A DNA stretch of 64,000 bases from Ramazzottius varieornatus (Eukaryota; Animalia; Tardigrada). The first letter of the stretch is position 1. Every line of letters starts with the position of its first letter. The notes beneath the pieces were generated by a model, which worked only from the letters and a program-made list of their open reading frames with translations, was not told the DNA's origin and made no database searches. Below, piece by piece: positions 12,773-22,800 of the stretch. The stretch spans positions 2,173,663 to 2,237,662 of the forward strand of contig BDGG01000003.1 of the NCBI GenBank assembly GCA_001949185.1, in the 5' to 3' direction. Both the position numbers and the translations under genes were made by a program.

Positions 12773-13885
12773 TTAGAAAGCTGAAGCTGGTGTGGGAGCG
12801 GCAGGCTGTGGGGAGGCTGGATTTGGGCCACCGGCAACTGATGGACGAGAACCTTGAGGTCCTGGTCCAGGAGGAGGTGGTCCTGGTGGTTGCTGTCCGT
12901 TTGGTTCCATCGGTGGTGGTCCCGGTGGACGTCCATTCGGTCTCATCGGCGGAGGTCCTTGCGGACCTTGTCCCTTACCACCAGATCCGCCAAACGGAGG
13001 TGGGCCCCTGGGTCCCTGGCCTTGTCCCATCGGTGGAGGAGGTCCCTGGAAACCTTGTCCCTGTTGGCCGCCAGACTGCCCCATCGGTGGAGGACCCTGG
13101 AAGAATTGGCCCTGCTGACCCCCAAACTGACCCGGTTGACCGGATTGTCCCTGGCGACCACCCAACTGGCTTCCAGGCTGCCCAGAAGGGCCATGTGGTC
13201 TTCCACCGAAGCCTTGGTGAGTCTGGCGAGCAAACTGTTTTCGAAGTGGTTTCTTGGGTGCCTTGTCCACTTCATCAACCATATCAATCGGAAGTGGGCC
13301 GCCTGGTCCAGCAGGATCATGCGGAGGTCCGTGTGGCTTACCATGAGGATGATGTTCCTCGCTGCTGCTACTTTCGCTTTCGTCCGACTCCTTTTCGTAG
13401 GTAATCTTGGATTTCTTTTCCACCTTGACCTTGACAGCCTCTCCCTTAAAAAGCTGTTTCAGGATGGCGTGCGCGATCTTACTGTCCATTTGACCGTCGG
13501 GTCCACCCTGTGGTCCGCCGTGTGGCCCGCCTGCTCCATGCATGCCTGGGCCGTGCTGGCCGAGTCCGCCGTGGGGACCACCATGTGGACCTCCCCAAGG
13601 AGGCGATTCTTCTGCGGATTCTTCGGACGAAGAGCTGCCACCTGGTCCCATCGGGCCGGGAAAAGGCATGGGCATGGGCAAAGGCATCCCTGGTTCTACG
13701 GGAAAGCTTCCGTTGCCGGCACTGCTCCCGTTTCCTGGTGTTGGGACAATCAGAACGTCTGGTGGAGCAGAACCATTTGGGCTTGGGATGCCTTTGGGAC
13801 CTAAAGGACGTCTAGGTCCTGGAATGACTTGTGCCGAAGCACAACCTGCAATCAAGGCAAAGTACGAAAGGGTCAGACTGTTCAT
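12773..13885 (-). CDS. Secreted Gly/Pro/Gln/His-rich low-complexity protein (~370 aa, single exon)
   Basis: ATG at 13885 gives the signal-peptide-like MNSLTLSYFALIAGCASA. GGPHG and QGPPPMGQ repeats and two SSSEE tracts follow. The ORF is uninterrupted. Confidence 0.8.
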   Translation of the reverse strand: MNSLTLSYFALIAGCASAQVIPGPRRPLGPKGIPSPNGSAPPDVLIVPTPGNGSSAGNGSFPVEPGMPLPMPMPFPGPMGPGGSSSSEESAEESPPWGGPHGGPHGGLGQHGPGMHGAGGPHGGPQGGPDGQMDSKIAHAILKQLFKGEAVKVKVEKKSKITYEKESDESESSSSEEHHPHGKPHGPPHDPAGPGGPLPIDMVDEVDKAPKKPLRKQFARQTHQGFGGRPHGPSGQPGSQLGGRQGQSGQPGQFGGQQGQFFQGPPPMGQSGGQQGQGFQGPPPPMGQGQGPRGPPPFGGSGGKGQGPQGPPPMRPNGRPPGPPPMEPNGQQPPGPPPPGPGPQGSRPSVAGGPNPASPQPAAPTPASAF

Positions 13886-15939
13886 GGTGAAGAAAGGCAA
13901 ACGACCACTTGATGCTGCAACAGACTTCCGCGAACAGCTTTTATGGCGTGGGATCCGAATTGTAATTCGCAGCTTCAAGTCTTCGGAGAAATGGAATGAA
14001 ATGAGGCGCTGATTTCATGGAATTCACTGGGATCAGACGTCAGACAGCTCAACTTTCCAAGTCAGCCGATGCTGAGTAGACCTCGTCATCCAAAATTTCG
14101 AGTGTTTTTCCCGCTGCTCCATTTTGGAGGCTTGCTCCTCACAGAAAGGTTCCCGAACCACTTCTACTCAGCTATAACAAGCCCATGGTGGACACGAGGT
14201 CCGTACAGTAATCGAGGCTCGGAGACTCTGGATTAATATTCCAGGCTTCCATAAAAATCATAGTGCACTCAAGCCAGGTGCTTACAGATGCGTTTAATAA
14301 TTTCCTCATTTTTGCAGTTCCTCAAAGTGTATGATGTAAGCGTTTATAAATTCGTATCCTAAACCGTGACCTTCGAAGCAAACTGGTTGTTGTTGATATT
14401 CATATGTGTTTCGTGGACCACCACGAGCTCTACCGTATCTCCATGTGAACTGATAATATGGACCTCAGAGTAAAAGGCACACTTGATCGGTCGAGGATCA
14501 AGCCAGCTATGAAACCATCACAACCAGTGGCGTCGTCACGTGCAAGTCCACTAACACCTTGAGCACGCGGCGGGAAACTCACTTTCCCGCCGCACACTCA
14601 TTTGTGCGTAGCGAGTTTCCAGCTTACCTTTTGCTCCCCGTTTTTTTCCGTTTGCCCGGACAATCAACTCTTCTTGAAACTAAAACTAGCGGCTACTGGA
14701 CACTGGCTCTGCAAACCTGTGTGGAATTTTTTCCTTTCTTAACGGGATTTCGGCGTAGCAAGCAAATTACTTTCCAGCCAGGCTCTCAGTCCAGAGTCAC
14801 CAAAATAACCGTTGCGCGAGCCCAAACATTTTAGTATCTTGCGACACTTTCAGATTTGTGGAAAGATCTGCCCAGTGGTCATTAAAAAAACTTGAAGCCT
14901 GGCCGTTTTGAGTTGGCAGGTGGCGCACTCTACATCATATTCCAAAATTTTGGCCAATCGATGAGGTGGTGATTGGTCTAATTTGGCACCGCCCCAAGTT
15001 TCGACCAGTTAAAACAAGCCCAAAGTGATTTTCCCGCATCGTATTCTGAAAGCACGAAATCGCGCAGTGCTCAAGGTGTTAAATTTTTAATTTGGACTTA
15101 ACTCTTTCATTTTTTGGGAAGGACCCTTGACCATTAGATTCAAGATGTGGCACCACATACAGTACCTAACTATCGTTATAATTTTGAGCTTGAAAGGCGT
15201 GAAGAAAAGTAATTCGTACTGTTTCATTGTGACTTCTCATGTGTGGGTTACTTCTTATCGCATACGTTTATCACTATGCAGTAATTGATTGCCGCAGTAA
15301 AAGTTATATTGTTCGAGGAAAGGTAGTTGTGACCGGAAATTCCCGAAGGTGCCTCGAGTCCCAACCGGAATAATTCCGTACCAGTAGCCTGCAGCTGTTC
15401 AACTATCGAAGCTACCGTCATCCTAATACTTTGAGCAGGTCTCAAAAGCGCTGTTATTTGCTGGCTAGCGCTTTGACGCTTAAATTCGCTCATGCGTTTA
15501 CTTCCCAAGTCATCTTTCTCCCAGATCTAAGCGGTAATTATTTTCCAGTAGTTGGGTACTTGGTCGGATCAGTACGAGGTAAAGGACATGAATCCGTCCA
15601 GTGGAAATTTCGGCTATGAATCCGTTCAGACTGCGGAATGCGGTGGCAGCACAACGCAGTTATGCCGTCACGTGACTCTTTATAAGTTTAGTCGTACCGT
15701 AACCGCAGCTTGGGATCTGCAGTACGGTTTCAAACTGCGGCTCAAAACAAATATTTAAAATTTTGAAGATGGAAATCTCTTGCCAACCAGAACTAAACCT
15801 CCTTCACACAACCAGCTTTCCGATGTGTCATCTAAAAAGTAAGATCTCGATCCGGAAGACAACAGACACCGACGAAAAGTGGAATAACTTCAGAAAGGCA
15901 GACAACAATGCGGAACCCGCAGCGGAAACAAATGAGAGT

Positions 15940-17971
15940 TTAGGATTTCTTGGTCTTTCTGGCTCTGGCGAGTGTCGTTGACGCATTAAGTTCGCCGGTG
16001 CTCTTTCTCTTTCTGGACGTACCAGCGTTCGAAACCTTCTCAGCAGCCTTCTCGGCAGCCTTCTCGGCAGCCTTCTCCTTCGCGGCTTTCTGTCGTTTAG
16101 CGCGTCTAGCATCGTTCTCCGCCTTCTTCTCGGCTGCTTTGTTGGCTTCCTTCACCTCGAGTACATCAACATACTGACCGCCACTCACCATTCCGCCTGC
16201 CTCGAGATTGAGGTGTCTATTCGCAACCCGCCGCTGCTTGACTGGGGCTTCGTTGTGCAGTTTTTTCTGTAGTGCGTTGGCTGACATCATGCCAGGTGTG
16301 ATACCTTTTGCAGTGAGCAAAATATTCTGCTCAGCTTTCTTCATGTTTTCTTCAGATTCGTATCGTGAAGAGATCTCAGAACCTGGAATAGCTTTGCTTG
16401 GTCTTCTTTTCTTCTGCGCGAGGCGGAATCCGCGACTGGATTTCTCTGGATCATTATGAGCCTTTACGGTGGCGAGAATTATTTCGGGATCGAACGGAAA
16501 TATGCCACACTTGACAAACCCAGACTTCAGGGATTCACCGGCGTTAAATGCGCACCGTTCGTCGTAACCCTCCGTCCAAAACCATAACTTGAAAAGGTGT
16601 GAACGCAACGTATCTTTCGTAACCTGCTCGAAGAGAAAAAAGGAAGCTGCATAAAATTTGCTGACATACGAAACCCAAACGAGAAAATACTGAGGAATCC
16701 TCAACTTACGATGCCACCGTTCAAAAGATTTCAGGATTCTAGATAATCGTGCCACTTTTTCTTGATTCCTTCGAAAACTGAGACGTCGAAGGGTTGGAGA
16801 TGGTTTGTCTGTCCGGTAGGAAGGCAGAAGACCTCGACTGTTTTTCCTGTATCTTTGAAGAACGTTTTGCAGTATTTGACAAGCAGAAGACAGTTGACAT
16901 GCGAGAAATGACCATCAACGAAGATGACATTCTGAAAAATGAAAGGGATCCTTCTGGGTACAAACTGTTCATGACGTCACAATATAAAACGAGCATCGAG
17001 GCATTCCATGACATGATAGGCTGTATCCGGTGACGTCACAATCAAATACAAGAGTCCTACCTTTTGTTCGGTGATGGCAGGAAAAACTTCATTCCTGATG
17101 TAGTTGGCAAAGAGCAGCTGATCCATATATCCCGACGCATTGACAGCCTGGTAGCACATATTGTGAGTGTCATCCAGTCGCGACTGCACGTGACGTTTTC
17201 CGGAGAACAAGGCCATGAACCGAAGCTGGAGTCCAGCCGCATTTCCGCAGGGAAGTATTGTGACCAACTCTTACTCGGTTCCGTCGAACTGTGACACGAT
17301 CTGCTTGGCTCCCCTTGCTAGGACACGATCTGCTTGGCTCCCCTTGCTAGGACACGATCAACCATTCTCGTAGTGTCGAACGCTGTTTCGTCCAAATTCC
17401 AAGCCTGCTCTAGTCTTTCCAGAAATCCTTGGTCTTTCAGCTCTTGCAGTTTACTGATGTATTCTTCGCATTTCTCTTCGGTCCATTCTCGGTCTTTCTT
17501 TCTGTTTGTCGCGTGAGTGAAACGAACCGACAGAATCTTGTATTTGGATACAAAACGCCGAAAGAATTTGTCGCCGAAGCTCATGTTCTCCATTCCTATG
17601 ACCATAAGCAGGAGATCGCGCAAAATGATTTTTCTAAAATTGGTTTCATATTTACCCAACTCAGCTGCCAGCTCAGACATGACTTGCAATGCGTGGTATC
17701 TGTTTAACGGGACTCCCGCATCTGCACAGCTCACAAATAAATCCGCTAGTTCTTTCTCTGCCCATTCTGGAAGCTTCAGTTGACCACCTTTCGGTTTTGG
17801 ATCCGGATTTTCCATTCGGTCGCGCATGGTGGATCGAGGGACATCAAACAGCTTTGCCGCTGCATGCTGACTTAAACCTTCTGCCGTCGCCTGAATAGCT
17901 TGTTCCAGCATCAGCTTGCTGACCTGAACTGCGGTCTTCAGCCTTGCACCTGTCTTACTGATGGTAACCAT
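15940..17971 (-). pseudogene. pogo-type DDD transposase (HTH_psq + CENP-B HTH + DDE_1), disrupted
   Basis: HTH 'AAKLFDVPRSTMRDR', then WNLDET, VDGHFSH and HLQPFD after removing introns 17596-17655, 16932-17060 and 16624-16709. Frameshifted by a 29-bp tandem duplication (17293-17350), with a premature TGA at 16731-16733. Confidence 0.9.
17293..17359. repeat. 29-bp tandem duplication inside the transposase
   Basis: GACACGATCTGCTTGGCTCCCCTTGCTAG x2, followed by GACACGATC. Confidence 0.95.
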
Positions 17972-18426
17972 CGCGAAGAGATTTCAAAGAATGTTCTTTG
18001 TCAGAAATGGCCTTGCTGCATTGACATTGAAACCCAGTTTACTCGGCGGAAATACGTCAGAACTGCAAGAAGTTAACTGCCTAACACTTATAAGACTCCC
18101 GTGTAAGGTGAAACTGAAGCTGTGATGTCAGCTTCTGTGAAATTGACATCGTAAAATGCAACAGCAACGCCTCTGCAGGCCCACATTACTTTTCGTGCGC
18201 AGGCTCTTTAACATAGGATTTTACCATGTCTCCTCTCGATCTTCCTTTCTGTTTTGTTTACCGGCAAATGGCTTTCAGCTTTGTTGCATCAGGATCAAGA
18301 AGAATTTCTCTGTTAATCGAGCTATCGTGAGACGCTGTCTGATCACCGAGTGCGCTAAAATAATCTGGACGGATTCATGGCCGAAATTTTCACTGGACGG
18401 ATTCATGTCCTTTACCTCGTACCGTT

Positions 18427-19398
18427 ATGTCCGCCGAGCCGTTGGACTTTAATAAGTTGGATGCTTTCGCTGTAGATGTTCTGGCGGGTCTCGGGGCACC
18501 AAAACAGAAGTCGATTCCCTGCCATCACCTCTACGATGCCCGTGGTAACGAGCTCTTTGAAGCCATCATAGAGCAACCGGAATACTATCTATCACGGACG
18601 GAGATCGGCATCCTCGAAGCCCACGCAGCCGACATTGTGGCCGGTATGCCGCCCGGCTCCGTGCTTGTCGAGTTTGGTTCGGGTTCTTCTTGGAAGACGG
18701 AAATCTTGCTTGACGCGGTCGTCAGGCTGGCTGCTTACGTGCCGATCGACGTTTCGGCAAGTGCCCTGGCCGGAGCCCGCCATCGACTCGCTGCGCGTTT
18801 TCCAGGGCTTCGCGTGGAGCCACTGCTCAGTGACTTCCGCCACCCGCTACAATTACCAGCAGAAGTCGCGACACTACCACGCACTGGCTTCTTCCCGGGA
18901 TCCACGATCGGTAACTTCAGTCCAGATGAAGCAAAAAAACTCCTGGGGAGTATGGCCAATGTACTTGGTACGGGAAGCCGGCTTATTATTGGTGTAGACC
19001 TGCTCAAATCGCCAAAAATAATGGTACCTGCCTACGACGATGCCGCTGGTTTCGGCGCCATTTTCATCAGAAACTTACTGATGCGAGCCAACCGCGAACT
19101 CGGCGCCGATTTCGACCCCGACGCCTTCTATCACGAAGCGCGGTTCAACGAGGTGGAGAACCGTATTGAGGTACATCTGGTCAGTAAGCGCGCCCAGATT
19201 GCCCACGTTCTTGGCCGTAGCTTTGCATTCCAGCCCGGTGAGACGATCCACATGCAGAACTCGTACAAGCATACCGTGAAGGGCTTCCAAGCGCTTACCC
19301 GTGAAGCTGGCTGGACACCGCATCGTGTCTGGACGGACAATGCCGGGCTCTTCAGCGTACACGAACTGATCAATAGAACTCCAAAGACCACAGTTTAA
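18427..19398 (+). CDS. egtD: EgtD-family (Methyltransf_33) SAM-dependent amino-acid N-alpha-methyltransferase, bacterial-type, intronless (323 aa)
   Basis: Motifs LYDARGNELFE, PEYYLSRTE, VEFGSGS, YVPIDVS, FFPGSTIGNF, IGVDL.K, AYDD, RANRELGADFD, RIE, GETIH..NSYK and WTD match proteobacterial EgtD. Substrate residues diverge, so the symbol denotes family only. Confidence 0.9.
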   Translation: MSAEPLDFNKLDAFAVDVLAGLGAPKQKSIPCHHLYDARGNELFEAIIEQPEYYLSRTEIGILEAHAADIVAGMPPGSVLVEFGSGSSWKTEILLDAVVRLAAYVPIDVSASALAGARHRLAARFPGLRVEPLLSDFRHPLQLPAEVATLPRTGFFPGSTIGNFSPDEAKKLLGSMANVLGTGSRLIIGVDLLKSPKIMVPAYDDAAGFGAIFIRNLLMRANRELGADFDPDAFYHEARFNEVENRIEVHLVSKRAQIAHVLGRSFAFQPGETIHMQNSYKHTVKGFQALTREAGWTPHRVWTDNAGLFSVHELINRTPKTTV

Positions 19399-19439
19399 CG
19401 CAAAGTGTCGTTGCCATTTGTTTCGTGGACCATCATGAT

Positions 19440-19570
19440 ATGTGGGCAAGTGAGTTGCACCAGATTGTTATCTCAAGCGACGCGCGTTATCATTGTTTCG
19501 GCTGCAGGTGTGCGCCACCTGGGAAAATGATTCGGTTCGAAACTTCGAATCACTTGCCCATCGCAGCCCA
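19440..19570. repeat. Palindromic element copy 6 (between convergent egtD-like and GPR158-like 3' ends)
   Basis: tgggcaagtga..cagattgttatctcaagcgacgcgc..gtgcgccacctgggaaaatgattcggttc..tcacttgccca. Confidence 0.8.
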
Positions 19571-19899
19571 CGTAGCATTTAGTCACATGTGAACCCATAA
19601 CTAAAACTTGAGGTGTAGGGTACAAGCAGACTCTGGCACAAGGCACGATTATTCTTGAACATTAAAAGGTAAAGGTCCGGCGGTCTGCTCTTATTCTTTT
19701 CTAAACAAGAAAAAATCGCGGCTACTCACTGCATTCAGTGTATGCTATGTACTCGTTTATAGCAAGAATGTGGCTCTGCGGTCCATATCACAGATTGGTC
19801 ACGTGGCCGTAATTGATGGCCATACTCAGACCTAGGAAAACGCAGAGCAGACTGTATAAACCTGACTATTGAGAACGAGGAAGGGCGGCAAGACTCGGT

Positions 19900-22800
19900 C
19901 TACCAACCATTATGTGGATGTTGTGCGGCCGGAAAGGAAGTGTGGAGGGGAGCGGGACTAACATTTGCCTTTGCGGGCTCTTCATAAATGACAGAAGGTG
20001 GGTCAGCGGGATCCATGCTGGCCGAGGACTCTTCGGGTGTGCGATTGACGGCCGTGGTCTCTTCGTCATACTTGGGATGCCTAGATCGGGAACTGAATGC
20101 TTGGATGGAAAACCTAAGGTTGGGAGACAAAAGCAAAGGGTGCAAGAATGACACGTGAGACAATACCGTTGAATCATCTTGCAAGCGCGTTCTGCCTGTG
20201 CGTCGGCCCACCTTCTGTGCGGCATCTTCCGGCCTCCCTTCTTCTTGGAAATGTGCGGGTTGTCTTGACGCATGGCTTTGGTCTTCAACACCTGCATTTG
20301 TGCGTACAAGCGACGCAGTTCCATACGTATTTCCGCATGGTCCATGTCGGCTAAGGGAATCTGGTTGAGCTCCAAGTCGCCGGCAAATATGCCGTCGTGA
20401 AGCTTCTCCATCTCGGCCGGACGGCCTTGGGTGCCGTGTGCTTGGTTCTTCCGGAACGGATCGTCTTGTGGACGAAAAATATACCACATCTGCAATCAGC
20501 AACATCTTCCACCATGTTCACAATTGGGACGTCAGCAAATGATTTCACCCAAATCGATTTCCCAAGTGGCGCACGCTCTCAGCCATTGACAATGACGATC
20601 CGCGCCACTTGAAATATGGGTGAATTCATTTTCCAGTGTCTCAGTCTTCAGTGTTAAAGCCGAGTGTACCTTCCCGCCGAAGATGATGAGCAAATTTACT
20701 GTGACGGTTAACTGCGACCGTACAAAATATAAAATGTATATCACGTCAGGATGGACGTCGTACCTGTAAGGACAGATAACGGTATATGAAAAGGAAGTGA
20801 TATCGAGTACTCTAAAATGTCCACACTGATTAAGCTTACCATATCACATGACGGATCACATAGAGGATGCCGGATACTACCAGCTCGACCAATATAGCGG
20901 CGCTTAATAACTTCCGCTCCATGTATAGAGTTTTGCAATTTCTGGCAAGGTAACTGAGGTAGACGCCCCATAGTAATATGAGCATTTCCACTACAAAGAA
21001 AGGCACGGGTAAGAACCAATCGACATGAAACTGGAAATCCGATCATAACTATAAGCCGCAGGGCAGTTTGGTTAACTTACGCGACTCTGCAACGTAATCC
21101 CACCAGGGAAGGCGACATATCCGGTATCGCAAGTTGCGCTGGTCGTAACGGGTCTCTAAAAGCTCCTGGCCGTCGTGGTGCAGGTCTGCTGTCACACTAG
21201 TCCAAGCCGCCATGAAGCCTAGCGTTATCACAATGATCCCAATGTGGTACTTGACGAGGTCTTTGTCGCGGACGTAGACGCAGTGCGCTTTCCGGGTCCG
21301 AAACTCCGTCACAACTCTGAAAACACAACCAAAATTTTCCTAACTTCAACTTGGTAGACTGAGACCTAGCAAACAAACTCGAAAAAACCGTTTTTCACAG
21401 TGGCGCACGCTATCGACCAGTAACAAAGAGAACGTGCGCCGCTTGATGTAGCGATCTTGCATATGCTTCGTTTGTCGTTCTCAACTGTTGCTGGAAGACT
21501 TACTTGTATAGTTTCAATATGATGGCGCAATATAGAAAGACAAAGCCCATTTCCCTGAGCCACGGTTCCGCCAAGCACAGTTCGGTAGTTGGATGGAAGT
21601 ACCGGACAATCACGCTACCGTAGATGAGTACGGCCCCCACGACGATATTCTCCAAAAGCGGCCAGGTCGCTGACGCGATCACCTTTCTTCTTCGATATCG
21701 GTAGACCGAACCGCCCACGAAGACGGCGCAGGTGATGCAAAAAGCCAGGGTCCCTAGCGGGAGACCTCGCGTTACGATATCGTAGGTTGCCATACAGGGG
21801 CTTCCGTCGACGCAAGTGGCACAGTCAGCGGCACAAGGTAGACAATTGAACTGGTCGTCGTACTCGTTCGATGTGCCAGATACCTTTCGGCCATGGGCTT
21901 CTTCGACGTCCTCGCCATGGAAGAACTGTGGGCCGGTCAGGTAGAAGCCGGGACGGCAGCGGCATTGATAGGAACCTCTCCGGAAACCGTTGCCGGAAAT
22001 ATTGTGACACTGAAAGGAAAATATAGCTTAGACTGGCCACTTCCTTGCGTATCAAGATCCATTTCCGTTTGCCCGAGATGGTTAGTAGAAGAATTTCCGC
22101 AGGCTTTCAGAAGTTTAAGCATACCGTGGTCGTGAGATGTTTACACTTGTTGGTGTTGGCGAAAGGGCTGGTTGGGTTGTCCGGATCGGCGCATTGATTG
22201 ACATCGACGTGTTCCTCCATCGCAATGTCAATTGCCAGAACCCCTCTGTAAACATGAGAAAGATTGATTAGGAATTATTTCTACGTATGCGGTACACACA
22301 AGAAACCTTATGGCATGTTTCCCATGCCGATGTTGTCCTTTGACAAACGACCACGGGAAAAGCGACGCAACCATAGATATTTTAATACAATAAGATCGAG
22401 GGAAGTCTGACGTGCAGAAGTTCCTGTCTTGTTAACTCGGTAAATTAAGTAAAGACTTTGACTGCCTTGGTGACCCGAGTTTTTAGACTTTGTTTCGGCA
22501 GAAAGGCGCTCTGTATGAACGATTCCGTTCAAAGGTTTCTTGCCCATTCTGGTGAAGAAATGGGTGGAGTATTTTGCCGGCACATTTTTTATGTATTCAT
22601 GGCCGTAACTATTTGCAGCTTCCCTTGCGCACATCCAGACAGTCCCTGGAGGCCACTGAGCTAAGCTTTCACTATGGAATGCTCAACATCAACTTCTCCG
22701 GTCCACGTCTTCCCTTAATGACACTTTCTACTGCGCGCTCGTTGACGTCGCAACATGGGTGACATTTCTTCCCTGATCGCCCATTTACCGCGTGTTCCTA

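Larger units (their letters stand above)
15575..18419 (-). mobile_element. pogo/Tc1-mariner superfamily DNA transposon, full length (2845 bp)
   Basis: ~57-bp TIRs CGAGGTAAAGGACATGAATCCGTCCAGTG(G/A)AAATTTCGGC(T/C)ATGAATCCGT(T/C)CAGA at 15575-15630 and 18364-18419 (3 mismatches). TA duplications at 15573-74 and 18420-21. Transposase gene lies inside. Confidence 0.95.

Noticed and set aside
12766-14012. Long + strand ORFs (212, 316 and 156 aa) opposite the Gly/Pro-rich gene
   Set aside because: Antisense shadows caused by GGN/CCN codon richness. The - strand ORF has the signal peptide and coherent repeats.
16794-17033. + strand 79-aa ORF, initially taken for a foreign insert replacing the DDE core
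   Set aside because: The - strand here is an intron plus the DGHFSH..QPFD exon of the transposase.
18427-19398. Complete ergothioneine operon or bacterial contamination
   Set aside because: No egtB/egtC/egtE or other bacterial genes nearby. The flanks are an intron-bearing eukaryotic transposon and a host repeat.
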